From NCBI RefSeq assembly GCF_036321535.1, contig NC_087436.1:26042001-26106000 (forward strand): DNA of 64,000 nt. Reading direction: 5' to 3'. Numbering within the stretch: position 1 is the first letter of the stretch; every line of letters begins with the position of its first letter. The notes under the pieces are model-generated. The model saw only the letters and a program-made list of their open reading frames with translations, had not been told where the DNA came from and made no database searches. Shown here in pieces: positions 37,018 to 50,730 of the stretch. The stretch comes from Camelus dromedarius. Taxonomy: Eukaryota. Position numbers and translations under genes: made by a program.

Positions 37018-40000
37018 AAAGAAAGAGAAGAAGTGGTTTTTTATTTAACTGAAGTATGAAGTCTTGATCCAGCCATCTACATTGATGTCAGCTATTTCTC
37101 TTCCTTATCAATTTGATTCAGAGTTTTTCAATATTTTACAGGACTAAATGTCAGGTGTATACCCAAATTCAAGTCCCTGAAGTTTAGTAAGGAAGACTTA
37201 GTATATTTCCTTCCAAGGAGATTCAAGGGCACTTTTTGGCTCTTACTGATTCCAAATCTGAAGGGTGGGAGGAAATTGGAAACATTCCTTTAGAGAGTCA
37301 TAGCCAGGCATCTGAGCAAACTATAATTCAGGATCCAGTTATATACCAGTTTATAGGTATATAAGAAAACCTCAGAAACAACAGGATTAGAATCTAATAT
37401 TGACAAAGGAACAAACATAGTTTTTGTCTCTCGATTACCCCCATTTTAATCAAAGATAATCATAGTTAAACTAATTTATTTGCATTAAAATTTACCTGAT
37501 TATTTATATGAGTGCAGCAAGAATAGTGAGTGGGCATATAAGCTCCTTTTTAGACTGTTTTGCTGAAACCTTCTGGACAAAATACCAGGCCAATTTTTCC
37601 AAGGGGCTTTATTGGCTCCATAAGTCAACCTAGTTCCTTAAAACTATCTGATGATATCTGAGTCTATGCACGTCTCTTTCAAAAATGACATTCCAGTCAA
37701 AGCCTTGGTAATATAATCAGTGTTTCTACTTGCCCTGTTACAAGAACAGGCATGTAAATTCAGTGTATGTAAATAAATAACTTTGTTGTGAAAAGAACAC
37801 TCAAGAATTTCAGAATTACAGGGGTCAGGTCGGGAGTAAAAGTAAATGTTTCACTTTTGTTTGCAAAAGTATATTTTACCAGATTGTTGTAAGTCATTAA
37901 TTAAGAGAAAATGCTTTCTTAAATCTTGAAAAACAAAACATTAAGGAACCAGTGTTGTTTCAAACAGAAAGTCATAAAAATTGTAATCATCCTTCTCAGT
38001 TCATTGAGTCCCATGCAATGAATACTTGTTCTGCTTGAATACAGTTTTTTTCCATTATTCTGAAAATTTTTATCCAGTTTAGTTTTATCATCCTATAGTT
38101 ATCAGAAACTTGTACTTGCCAATTTTTTTTTCTTGAATCTCCTTGAAGATGAAGTACTTTTGCAGGAAGGCTATTGTAAGAGCACCAGAATAAAACAATA
38201 ACTGTCTATAAATGACAAAAGACTTAAAAATGTCAATAATTGAAGATCTGATGAAAGTTAAGTTATAATGAAGTTGACAAGAATATTTGGTTATTTCTGT
38301 GACACACATTTTAAGATAACAACCAGAATTATGACTGATAGTACAAGGACATATCAGATTCAGATTTCTAGGAATTTCATACAATCTCTGGAAAACTTGT
38401 AACATATAGCTATGCAAATATAGCATAAAAATTCTTAGTATTTCTCCTTGTTGAACAGTGCTTCCCATGCAATTTAACATATCAAGTAAGCCAAATTAGT
38501 TTAAAATCTCTTTTATAAAAAATCTTTTGAGATGTTCAAGGGATCCCCTGAAAAATTCTCAAAGTTATTTTTTGGTCCAAGAAATTTAATTTAGAATCTG
38601 ATTTTTGGGAAGTTTGTAAAAAAATAGTGAAAGGTTTTGGATACTTGACTAAATTTAATCACAGATTATAATGAAATGATTTTTAATTATCTACTTAACC
38701 AAAGTGACAAAAATTTTTTCACAGGCAAACTTAGAAGATTACATAGTTCTGAGCAAAAGACTCTGTTTCCTAAATAATCAAAGACCTGATAAAGACAGTA
38801 GGAAGCATAGGAAGCTATTTTGATAAAAGAGACTTCTTTTATTTTGTTTTAATAGGCAGATTACTTCAAAAGGTAAAGAAAAACCTTTCATAATCTTTTG
38901 TCAAGCGCAGACCCAATAGTGCAAACAAACTTAGTTCTTTTAGCAGAGAGAAAACAGGATTCTAACCTTATACCAGTTTACCTTTAACAGCAAAATTTAT
39001 TCATTCAATTTTCATTCCAGTCTCATTCCTGACCGTGAACGAAATTCCTTTCCAAAGACTCCTTTTCCACAAACCATCTACAACTTTATTTTTTACATTC
39101 AGATTTTGTTCTATGTTTTTTCTCTTTCATATTCTTAAATAACCAACCTTTCTTAGGAGAAAGTTACTTTTTTTTTTTTCCTCTCTCAACAAAATGCATT
39201 TCTATCCCTCATACCTTCTTTTACTGAAAACATGCATCTTACTTTTCTTGCACATGGAGATTCCTTTCTTATTATTCCTAGTAGCCTTAACCACACATAC
39301 TACATTTTAAACCCGTAGAAACCTTTAATTTCCAGTGAAAGCTAAGAAGTAAACAATTGTGAACTTTCTTTTATGGTAGCATTATGTAGCTTGGCAACTT
39401 TATAAATAATTTTGATAATTTCTAGAAACATATGCTTTCTCATAGAAAGTAATCTCAGCATGGCATAACACATGTTTACTAAGAGACCCAAATATCTTTA
39501 GTCCCTCTGTAAAAGGAATTAAAAAGTGAATAAGCCTGTGGTCAGTTATTTAATGTTTCATTGTTTTAGCTTAGTTGGATATAATTTGTATATTCAATGA
39601 ATTTAACTTAATTCACTTTTTAACTGAACTCAGCAAGACTCTGAGGTTCTAGTTTACCAAAAGATTTTGGGAAACTATTTTTAAAAGTTTATCTAAAACT
39701 TTTTATCCTACTTACATCTATTTAATTTATTTGTTTTTAATAACTATGTTTAGATTGCTTATGAAAATGTAATCATACCAAGTTATTTTTCTTGCATACA
39801 GATTTTGTAACATGAACTTATTTGACAAACTCAGGTTGAATAAAACTTAGATGATTGTATTATATTCAGTATTGATATAAGTAATCAGTACTGATACTTA
39901 AACCGGCTTTAATATCAAATACTTTCCCTGACCATGTAAACCTGAAAAGCATTTGGATGAAATTTCTATTATATTTCTGGGAATTTTATGAGTGCTTAAT

Positions 40001-40879
40001 TCATATAAGTGTTTGACTTTCTTTACGTCAGTTAAATAGAGATTTTTTCTTCTACAAATTTTAGTAATACCATCTGGAGGTAGAAACTATCACATATCTA
40101 CAACACGTATATCGACACATGTAAACATACATCAGATGCAAGCAAACTTTTAATTTAAAATTTCTGCTATGAATCAAGTACAATACTACAGAACTCACTA
40201 GTTTTAAAAGAACAGTTGAAATAAGTTAAGTTTATTTGTTCAGATGGCTAAAAGCTTCCCCCCTAACCCCGTGTACATTTAGCTTAGAAGAAAAGACCTA
40301 AAAGAAAATTCATATCAGGTTCTGAATATTAGCTACCCTTTTGGCTAAATTTTTGGTTATAGGGTTATTAAGTCCTTTCAGATATTTTGTCAGATTTCAG
40401 CCAAGATAAACAGTAAATATTTCTGGCAGTATTAGATACCTCAATGGACTCAAGAGGCATCTTCAAAGAGGCTAAAAAAGGTTGGTACCTTCCCAAGATC
40501 CAGAGTCCCTCCCAAAGATAGCCAAAAGAAAGAACTGACAGCCTATGTGTCTCAGGCAGGTAGAAAATGAAGCCAAGTTTTTAGGACATAAAGTGAGACA
40601 ACCAAGAAAGCAGTAGCTATCCCTGGGAGAGAAAGGATAAATAACCAATGGATCTGAACTTGAAAGGAAGGGATAATGTGAAATTTTATTTGCCTCTCTT
40701 AGTTGTACACTATAGACAGAGATTCAAGGGAGTTGATTCTTCACGTTTTTCTGACTTCTGCCAAATCATTGTTGGGATCCTATCTGCAGGTTCTGAGTTG
40801 GATTTAAAGTGGAGAATGTAGCTATGGTATTTACCAGAATTTTTTGTTAGAGAAATAAAATAAAATAGATTGAACTAAA

Positions 40880-41645
40880 TTCCCTTGTTTACTTTTCTCA
40901 AATTCCATTCTCCTCTCCTTTTCTCACTCTTCAGAGGTACTCTTAATTATGAATTTGATGTTTTCACCCCTAATTGTAATACATTGGTATGTATGAGTAA
41001 AATAAAATTATTGTATTCCATGTTTTTGAACTTCTACAAATTATCTTAATCTGATTATATTGTTCAGCTATTGTCCCTGTTTGTGTAACTTTATGAAGTT
41101 TGATTTATTTCCATTGTTATTTGTAGTTCTAGTTTGTTTATTTAAATTGCCATCTAATACTGCATCTTATAAACATACTATAGTTTTGTCTTTCTACTTT
41201 CTAAGACATTTGGTTTCTTTCCAAATATTACAATTAATGTTACAATAAACATTATGAAGGTAGCTCTTTATGCAAAAGTGAGAGATAATTATTGAGTGTA
41301 GAGCAAGAGCACATTCCAAATTTCTTCATATGGCCAAATTGTTCTTTAAAGTGGTTTTATCAGTTACAATCCTATTGGTGGGCATGAGAGCAGACAGTTT
41401 ACTCTCTAAATTTTTCTAGTTTTTTTTTTTTTCATTTTTCCAAATTGTTTTCTGAGTTTTTTTTCTCCTTTCTTGGTTGTTAGGTTCCTCCCCACCTCCC
41501 TGCCCCCCACACCCTTGGCCTTTCTCTCTCTTTCTCTCCCCTCCTCTCCCCTTTTCTTCCTCTCTGTTTAACACTTTGGAGATACTAGTTCATTATTAAT
41601 TATGTGCATTGCAAATATCTTCTCCCAGTCTGTAACTTGTTTTTC
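40880..41645 (-). mobile_element. Old L1ME-type fragments
   Basis: 'gacatttggtttctttccaaat', 'ccaaattgttctttaaagtggtt' and 'ttgcaaatatcttctcccagtctgtaacttgt'. Confidence 0.65.
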
Positions 41646-41649
41646 ATAA

Positions 41650-42236
41650 TTTATTTTATTTTAGAACAGTTTTAGATTTGCAGAAAAATTGGAAAGATAG
41701 GAAATTGTCATATACCTTACACCTAGTTTCCCCTAGTATTAGCTTCTTACATAAGCATTGTTTATTATTTAAATTAATGAACCAATATTAATATATTATT
41801 ATTAATTGAAGTCCATACTATATTCAGAATTTCTTTATTTTTAATCTAATGTCCTTTTTCTGTTCCAGGATCCCATCTAAGATACCACATTACATTTAGT
41901 TGTCCTGTGTTCTTAGGCTTCTCTTGACTGTGACAGTTTCTCAGACATTCCTTGTTTTCGAGTACTTGTTAGCTGTTTTGTAGGATGCTTCATTTTTGGG
42001 ATTTGTCTGTTGGTTTTATCATTATAAGGCTAGGTTGTAGACTATTAGGAGGAAGACCACAATGGTAAAGAACCATTTCATATCAAGGGTACATACTATC
42101 AGCATCATTTATAGCTGTTGATGTTGACTTGAGCATCTGCTTGAGGTAGTGTTTGTCAGGATTAGTCACTGTAAAGTTACTATTTTTCCCTCTTTCCATA
42201 CCCTTTGGAAGGAAGCCACTATGTACAGCCCACACA
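41650..42236 (-). mobile_element. L1MC/MD-type 3' end
   Basis: 'agaacagttttagatttgcagaaaaattg', 'tttctgttccaggatcccatctaagataccacattacatttag' and 'gaagccactatgtacagcccacac'. Confidence 0.85.
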
Positions 42237-43224
42237 ATAGGATTCAGGATACTGTTGTTTTTGTCATAATTCCCACGTGGATAAACTCAAACAAAGGTAT
42301 TTTTTAACCTTAAAGATGACACTGCCTCAAAAGGCTTGATGTGTACTGCATGAATAGAGGGAAGTATTTATTCAGAATGAAAAAGCCACATGAAGATTTA
42401 TAATTTAAGACAAAGGTATATCTAATACTCATAGGGGTCATAGAAACATAAAAAAGTAAAATTGTTCTCTTTCCTTGGTAGTTTATAATTTATTTAGTGA
42501 TAAACCTGAGAAGACATATAAAATTTAAAAATTAGACTATATAGTTTTTAAAGACTTTTAAAAAAAGATTTTTGTTTTTGATGTGTACATTTATATAGAA
42601 GGAAACATTTACATGATGGTTACTTACACTGATATTTTGCAACAGAATCAATAGTTATTCTTTTATTAAAAAGCAGTAAAACAAAACAAAACATGCTGTG
42701 GTTATTCCATCAAAGATTCTGATTAGGAAGTGTAGAGTTGTTCCAGACAATATGAAAATTAAATAAACAAGCATATTGCGTACAAGTATAATAAACACCC
42801 AGTGTTGCTAAGCACAAGTATCAACACTGTTCTCACTTACCTATGTATGCATTAGTTACTTATAAGATAAAAAAATATGTTGGGGGAATGAAGAAAGAAA
42901 GAAAGAAAGGTAAGAGCATGCCATTTAAGTTATTCCATTAAGTTAGATTTGGAAATAAATACAGGACTTGGACTGGAAGAGAGGAATAGTGTGGGAATTT
43001 CAGGCAAAGCACATCATTGGAATAAAGGTACAGATGTAGGCTGTCCCTGTGCGTGGAGAGGGCAGTAAGGAGAGTAGTAATTAGTGAGTGGAAATGTTTA
43101 GGTATGAGTAAGATGGTTACTAAAGAGAAGCCAAACAATATATTTGTGGAATCTCTATTTAAAAATCCTGATAATCCCCTATTCCTGTAGATAAAAAACA
43201 ATAGTCCTTTAATGTTACATACAA

Positions 43225-43660
43225 GGATTATCAACACCTCCATTCTACCCATGCTTTCAAGTTCATCTTCCACATTTTCTTCACCTGTATCTTAATTGCC
43301 ATCCATAGAAGCCATTTGAATTTCTTTGAAATCATCATCTCTAAGATGACTGTTTTCCATACCAACCACAGGCCCTCCCCTATACCCCAACCCTTTTCTC
43401 TAAATATTATCACTACTGTGACTCTTTCTTAGACTACCTCTTTCCATCTTGCTCTCCATACAATTTCCCTAAGTCAAGGCAAATTTTTATCTCATACATA
43501 CCTCTGTTAGCATTTCCCCCTTTCCCTACTGTGTTTGTAATCTTTTCCCTATGTGCCTTTTTCTTTATCCTCATAAATTCTTTGAGGACAAGATTTCTAT
43601 GTGTTTTTGTATTTAGTGCATCCATCACAGAGACTGCAGCAGAGTATTCTGTCCGTGAGT
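43225..43660 (+). mobile_element. L2 fragment
   Basis: Pyrimidine-rich L2-like body ending in 'taaattctttgaggacaagatt...tttttgtatttagtg'. Confidence 0.5.
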
Positions 43661-46600
43661 ATTTATAACTGGAAGGCTAGTGGTGTAAGACCATCCACAA
43701 CTTAGGTATAAAGTTTATGGGGCAGCAAATCGGTTGTGGACAATTCCCTATGTATAGGCCACTGTGCCTTTCATTATATGAATGCCACACCTCAGGTTTA
43801 TAAATTATCAGAGAAGAAATCAGGGCTTGCATCATAGTCAACTATCTATAAATTAGCCATCTACAAGGTCTAAGAACACTGTCCAACAGATATGCCTTAT
43901 ATGGGAAATGACTAAGGCACAATTAGAGCTCACTGAGGAGTTTTGTGTTTGAAGTAATGACAATAATCTTTAGTAGGAAATGGAAAGCGAGGAAACAACC
44001 AAGATATGCTGTGTCACAGTAACAGTAAAGTCACTCTTGTTCCCTGAAAGATGTTTGCATTCTTAATGAGACCTGCTAAGATGTTTTCCTCTTTTTTTTT
44101 TCTCATTTAACAGTGTATACCTAGAATATTTCATCAGCTGTGTTCACCAAAATGACTTGACCTCTTTCATCTTTACCTTGAAAGAACCAAGGTAATAAGA
44201 ATAAATAAATCTAATAGTGTAGAAGAGACAAATCCTATCTTCTGAGAACAGAAACTAGATCTAACATTTTTAAAAGATTTAATAATCAAAATGAAACTAT
44301 TGGTGTTATACTCTCTGGACTTGTAACAATGGTTTTCAAGAAGGATTGCTTGGCAATTTCATTAATTAAAAATAAACTAAAATAATTATATTGAATTGTA
44401 TCCATTAACTTCCTATTCTCTCTTAAGAAGAAATTGGATATTATATATTAAGTCTAAAATATTTGCACATGTCCTCTTCAAGAGTTTGATCATTTAAGAT
44501 CAAAGCCAAGAGTAAGCCTGAAAGGAATGTAATTATTTTTTCACAGCTGTTTGCTATTTTGCCACTGAAAGAACAATAATAATTCACTAGACATATTTTT
44601 AAAGTGAAGAATGAGTTTAAATTGTGATTGAGGGCATGTGTTGGTAAGGCTGAGTTACTTATGTTAGCCAGTGAAACTAGTCCTTGTCTTGGATGATGAA
44701 CGGTCCCTAAAGATTCTTAGAATTTCTGTATCATGATTTTTGTTTGTTTGCTTTAGCCAAGGTTGTTACGAAAAGGAAAGAAATTCTTGAATAAAACTAT
44801 GAATGACACTTTGGTTAAATGGCACAACTTTATCAAAAGGCTGTGACATTGATTCAGATAGCCAACTATATAATTTAGTGCCTCCATCTACTTTGTTTCC
44901 TTAGTAAGGATAAATATTACTCTAGATACGTGTAATGAGGAAGTCAGATTTCAGGTTTGGTTCCTAAAGTTTTCTGTTTATTTTGCCCTGTTGTACTGTA
45001 TCTTCTGTGTCTTGTCCTGCATGATTTCACCTTAATTATTGTGTTAGCCCTCTTTGTGTTAATTCATGGATATTTCTCTCTGCCTTTACTCTGTGTTTCT
45101 TACTGAGAAACAATGAAAAATGTTCCTTTATTTCAGAAACAAGAACATAAAAAAGGACAAACAAACAAGCAAAGAAAAAATTCAAACACATGCTTGCTGC
45201 TGCTTGTTTCAGTTGGGCTTTTCTACTCTCTTGCTTTCTGTATCTCCTGATTGATGTTTTGCCAACATCAAGAGGAGGCCAAATTGAAAAATAGTTGAAG
45301 TCCCTAACTTTATGAAGGCTGCTCTGATTGCTTCTATGTTGACTAATGAAAATTTGGAAAGGAATTTTAGTGGAACTCTTAAGGAAAAGAGAGCTTCTAG
45401 GAGTCATTCCCTCTGCACAAATGATCCCTAATAATCAGTCCTCCCTTATCTGTGCTATTTATTTTCAGTCTTCCATTTGATCTGAAAATGACTTTTGGAT
45501 TAAGTAGTTAAAAGTAGAAGTGAAGGGCAAAGTGCTGGTGTGGCACTTGGGACATAAAATCTATTCTCAAAGGAAAGACTTGAGGTCTTCTTCAAGAAAA
45601 CTGTGACCAGGCTACAAAATTAAAAGTGTGTTCTACTTTTTGTGCGCTCTGGGTTCTGCTCAAGCAGAGTGTAGAGTCATTGTCACCAGCGAGGTGTACG
45701 TGTTGACAGGATCAACTCAGTGGTTTTCAGTGTTTATTGTGCTCACCTTTCACAGATTTCTGGCCTCTCTGGGATTTGTAACCATTTGTAGAAAGGATTA
45801 GGGTAAAAGCTACCTTTGTGCAGAAGAGTTATTTTATTTTTCTCATATTCAGTTTTGTAAAACTTTCCTATTATACATTATTGCACCTAGGTTCTAACTC
45901 AGGTAGGAAACCTCATAGTTCTCATCACTTCCTTCATTTTTAAATTCTTATAATACGATATTTTTCACAGATAAGGATGTTGAGAATGGTCATTATTTGA
46001 TGTGTAAATGAACAGATGTGTTAGAAGAAATTCTTATTGGACTCCTCCTAAGGACCTCATCATTACTGTAATTACTGTAGTTTCTTAATCTTAGAGAGGC
46101 ATTGAATTTCAGAGTTAGGCTTCAGTAGTTTCATGAAACACCCCCTGCTATATCCAGCCTTCATTATTAGACTTGGGAGTGAGTATTGTTTTAATCCTCT
46201 GCTGTTTTGTATGAAAAATGGAGGACATATCCTGGTTAATCAAACCTTTTCTATATTCACATAGTTATTATTCCCTTTCAGAAATCACAATTTTAATGAA
46301 TGTCCAAGGTAGAAATATTAACTCCCATTCTCACACATTTATAAAGCACAGATTGTTCCTAGGCATATTTGCTATTGTTCTTTACTATTTGCCTGACACT
46401 GTTTTGCATGTATTCTTTTGTAAAAACATCCAATAAAGGATAAAATAAAATTAGAACATCAAGACAAGTTTGGTAAGACCTTCCTAAAATCATAATAGCT
46501 CATTGTGGTACTATAAAATGTTCTTCTTGGTAGCACAAAGAAAGAAGATACCAATTACTATCCTCCAGAATTTGAAAAGAAAACCAAGCTTTCAATTGAT

Positions 46601-47099
46601 AATCTAAGGTTAACTTTTGCCATACAGACTTCACTTACAAATAATATACATACTATATTTCCTATCATCCACTCTGGAAACTTCTACTGAACTTTCTTCG
46701 TTTTGAAGTCTCTACTATTCTGTGAGAAAATTAGTTCTTGGGATAGTCTGCTCATTTTAGCAGACTTGCTGTGATAACATATCATATTTCTCTTAGGGGA
46801 CATTCTTTCATAAACACATGGCCTAAACTGTCCTTATGACACAACCTTTCATCCTGAGGAGATACTTGAGGACCTGCAAGCAGCTCTAGATGCACAGCCA
46901 GCAGGATTATCCACAGGTAACAGGATGCTGAATTAACTCCTTGGTATCTCAAAGTCTATAATGCAATAGCAGATATCAACACTGAACATGAAGCAGACAT
47001 TTTCATGTAGATTTAAAAGAAAGTTGTTTTAAAACCTATAGCCAGCTCAAAGATATAAAGGAAGGGTCATTGGGTTAGGAAAGAAACTTCTTTGCAGGG

Positions 47100-48155
47100 A
47101 AGGATTGCCATGCTCTGAGTCTCAGAGTGGCGGGAATGATGTTCCCTTCTCACCTCAGCCTAAGGAGGAACTAGCCAGTAGAACTGCTGGATAAATGTTG
47201 ACCTACGTACTGCAACTCGGAAAGATGAAAAACTTCCTCCTGACAAAAGTGAAAAGGCTGAAGCAGATCATGGGCCAGAGACTGATTTTAGTTGGGGGAT
47301 TTATAGAGTCTTCTTTGGTGGCAGAGCCAGGGAGGGTAGTGCATCCTGTGAAGTCTGCTCTGTCAGGTTACTAGGTCAAGGGATAGGCAAGTATTTATTT
47401 ACATGGGGCAGATCTGAATTCAAAAGAAGAGAGCTGATGAGGGATTTGGGGTTATTTGGGCTTCTGTTTCCCTGAGCCCCAGATGGGCAAGGAGCCCTCA
47501 TTTGTAAGAGCTTGAATATAAATTGCCGGACACGCAAGAGCTAAAGAAGGAATTGTGAATGATCACTCAAGATGATGATGCAACTTTCGTGGTCAAGAGA
47601 GTTTGGGAGATAGGTGCCCAGTAGATAACATTCAGAAGAAAGTATAGCTTTAACCATCTGCCAGGGCCAGAGATGGCCAAGGTACTCAGCTAAGAGTGAA
47701 CCCAACTAATTCTATTATACATCCTCCTTCTCCTGACTGGGAGTTGAGAATCGGCAAAATGACAACAAAAAACAGTTGAAGGAAGATAGAAAAAGGATAG
47801 GGTGAAAAGAATGACTGTTTTTCTCTTCTAGACAAAACTTAACTTGAAGTAGGTCTAAAGTAGGAGAGAGGAAAAGATTTATCTCTTAATCAAGTTCTGA
47901 GTTTTGATTTATATCTGGCATTGTCCATTCTAATTGCAAAATTGAAATTATTTCAGATTTAATTTACCATAGGGCAAGATATTATCAACTATGAAGGAAA
48001 AGCTGTAGGTACGCTAAATTTTCATCCAGGGGCAGGTGAAAATTATCCATATTGAATAAATTTTAAGATGCAGTGAGGGTAGTGGGGACACAAACAAAAC
48101 TGTATTTTGTTTACTTTGCAAGTTGTGTTTCTTCTGTACCTAATCAAGCAGCACA
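47100..48155 (+). mobile_element. Ancient Gypsy-type LTR (LTR85/MamGypLTR-like)
   Basis: The 3' part 'ttttcatccaggggcagg...tgaataaattttaagatgcagtg...aaaactgtattttg' resembles LTR85-type ends; purine-rich body; boundaries uncertain. Confidence 0.45.
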
Positions 48156-48399
48156 TATTTTGCTTTATCAGAATTTTTTTAAACTTCTCCTCTTGGTGTT
48201 GGAATTATTGATATCAAATAAGATAAGTTGGGTAGAAATTTTACAATGCCTTCTCAGAAAATTTATTGGTCTTTAAAATAACTAATAAGTCATTATTTTA
48301 GGTAACTTACAACTTCTAAAAGGCTTCAATTGTTCTCCAATTTTCTGACTTTTTGTTGTTCACTTCATATCTTATAGAACTTTATAGTTTACATATGTT

Positions 48400-48860
48400 C
48401 TTATAATCCTTACTTTATTTGACACTCAAAATAATCCTTTGTAGTAGCAGGACAAACAGTTTTGCCTCTTTTAGAGAAGAGGAGACCAACATTCAGAAGT
48501 AAAATAATCGTTCAAGCTTATATAGCTAATAAGTGGTAAGACTAAGATTCCAACTCAGTCTCCTGACTGTAAGTTTCACAAATCAAGCTCCCATATTTTG
48601 ATGCCCATATACCCTTCTGTTTGCAAGGTGATAATAATCCATAATAGCTAATAATTTCAGAACATTTTTATATGAGAGACACATTGCTACTTTTTGTTAT
48701 CTCTTGTTTTAAAAATAATCCTATGAGGTAGGGATGACAGTTTCTATTTTGCAAATGAGAAAACTGAGGTTTTCATAAATCTAGAAATTTAACCAAGATC
48801 ATATACTGGACAATATATGGAAAATTGGGCCTGAATTCAATATATTTAATTTTCATGTCT
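48400..48860 (-). mobile_element. Two tandem MIR SINEs
   Basis: 'aataatcctatgaggtagg...ctattttgcaaatgagaaaactgaggt' and 'tagctaataagtggtaagactaagattccaactcagtctcctgact'. Confidence 0.8.
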
Positions 48861-49043
48861 GCTTTGTTTTGGGATAATTGTGATAACAACCAAGTCATGT
48901 AATTTCTAAGTATCTTTTTTCTTGTATGTCTATCATACAGAAACTTTATTTAAATTAATTATGCAACAAGAAAATGTTATACTTAGGCTCACTCAGTAAT
49001 GGTGAATTAATTTCTGAAAGAAAAAAAGCTTAAATTAATATGC

Positions 49044-49382
49044 TGTCTTTGTCCATTTGGGTTACCTTAGCAAAAATAACCATAGACTGTGTGGCTTATA
49101 AGCAAGAAAAAGTTATTTCTCACAGTACTGGAGACTAGAAAATCCAAGATCAAGGTGCCAATAGATTCTTTTTTGGGCGAGGGCCTGCTTTTTGGTTCAC
49201 AGATGGCTATCTTTTATATGTAATCCTACATGGTTAAAGAGCTCTCTGGGGTCTCTTTTACAGGGGGCACTAATTTCATTCATGACCAAATTACCTTCCA
49301 AAGACCCCACCTCCAAATACTATCATACTGAGGATTGTTTCAACATATGACTTGAGCAGGTGCAAATATTCAGTCTATGGCA
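49044..49382 (-). mobile_element. MaLR LTR (MLT1A-like), 3' LTR
   Basis: 'tgtctttgtccatttggg...ccatagactgtgtggcttataa...tccaagatcaaggtgcc' through 'cagtctatggca'. Confidence 0.9.
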
Positions 49383-50000
49383 TTCTGCCCATGGACGCCC
49401 AAAGTTCACTATCCTCTTGCATGCAAAATGCATTCATTCCATCCCAACAGCCCTGTTAAGTCTGATATCTCCTCTGAGTATCATCAAAGTCAGAAATGAG
49501 TGAGACTCAAGATATAATTCATCCTAAAGCAAAATTCCTCTCCAGCTGGGAACCTACGAGATGAGACAAGTTACATGCTTCCAACATACAATGGTAGGAC
49601 AGGCATAGGATAGACATTCCCATTCCCAAAAAGAGAAGCAGAAAAGAAGAAAGAAGTGATGGGTTCCAGTAAGTCCAAAATCTAACAACATTAATCCTCA
49701 AGGCACAAATGGCAATTATTATCCCCATAGCTCAATAGGACAGCCGAGAAGTTCTCTGGGCTCCAAGGATTTCCAGAGTTGGAGTTCTAAGCCCAAGGTT
49801 GTGCTGGGAAGTCCTATGCTTTGAAATCTAACGGAGGCAGCGATGGCCCTGGGACCAATGTAGTCCATGCTAGTGGAGGTGGAGTCCTGCAGACATTGCC
49901 AAAATTTGCTGCTTGCATCCTGTAGAGGGGCTGCCATCATGATCTGCTCTCATGGGACCAGTGCAGTCATACCTCAGGTTGGCCAAGAAGAGCAGCACCA
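49383..50000 (-). mobile_element. MLT1A/MST-type internal fragment (clear to ~49730, uncertain beyond)
   Basis: 'catgcaaaatgcattcattccatcccaacagccc' and 'cttccaacatacaatggtaggacaggcataggatagacattcccattccc' are MaLR internal motifs. Confidence 0.8.
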
Positions 50001-50048
50001 GAGTGAATTAATTTCTGAAGAAAAAAAAAAAGGCATAAATATGTATGC

Positions 50049-50371
50049 TGTCTTTGTCCATTTTGGCTACTCTAACAAAAATAACCATAGACTGGGTGGC
50101 TTATAAGAAACAGGAATTTATTTCTCAGTTCTGGAGGCTGGGGAGTACAAGATCAAGGTGCTTATAGATTCAAAGATTCCTAAATGGCCATCTTCTTGCT
50201 GTGTCTTCACATGGTGGAATGGGTAGGGGAGCTCTCTGGGATCCCTTTTATAAGTTCACTAATTCCATTCATAAGGGTATCTCCTGAAGTCCCCATCCCC
50301 AAATTCAATTACCTGGGAATTAGGTTCCAATGTATGAATGTGGGAGTAACACAAAAATTCAGTCTACGGCA
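50049..50371 (-). mobile_element. MaLR LTR (MLT1A-like) with solo-type TSD
   Basis: Same family as 49044-49382; flanked by tatgc (50044-50048) and tacgc (50372-50376). Confidence 0.9.
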
Positions 50372-50730
50372 TACGCCACTATTACCATTATTTTCAGAGT
50401 TAATAGTGAGGCAGATATTTATTTCTCATCTGTTATCAGCTCATATTCAGCTGGCACATAGTTGGTCTCTGTGCTATATCATTTGTTAAATATTTTCTGT
50501 GTACACTTGCCACTAATAATCTCAAATCAGAGTTCTGTGCATATTAAAAAACATGGCTCTTGAAAAAAGGATCTTGTGATATAACAAATATTCGAACAAA
50601 ATGCCAGAAGCTTTCCATTTTTTAAATATGTATTTACCATTTAACCGTGAAACCTTAACCAGTGCATTAAAATGTTGAACTGGAATAAAATCTTAAGCAT
50701 TGACATTCATTTCAATATGCTAAATTTTAT

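Larger units (their letters stand above)
35459..40800 (-). mobile_element. ERV1 internal region (MER4-group-like, non-autonomous); 5' LTR not seen
   Basis: PPT, env TM relic, integrase C-terminal relic KSALESPWKEIY*VFLTKLQG (~37140-37260), a long AT-rich non-coding internal segment typical of MER4-group elements, and a leader-like region near 40.4-40.8 kb. Confidence 0.8.
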
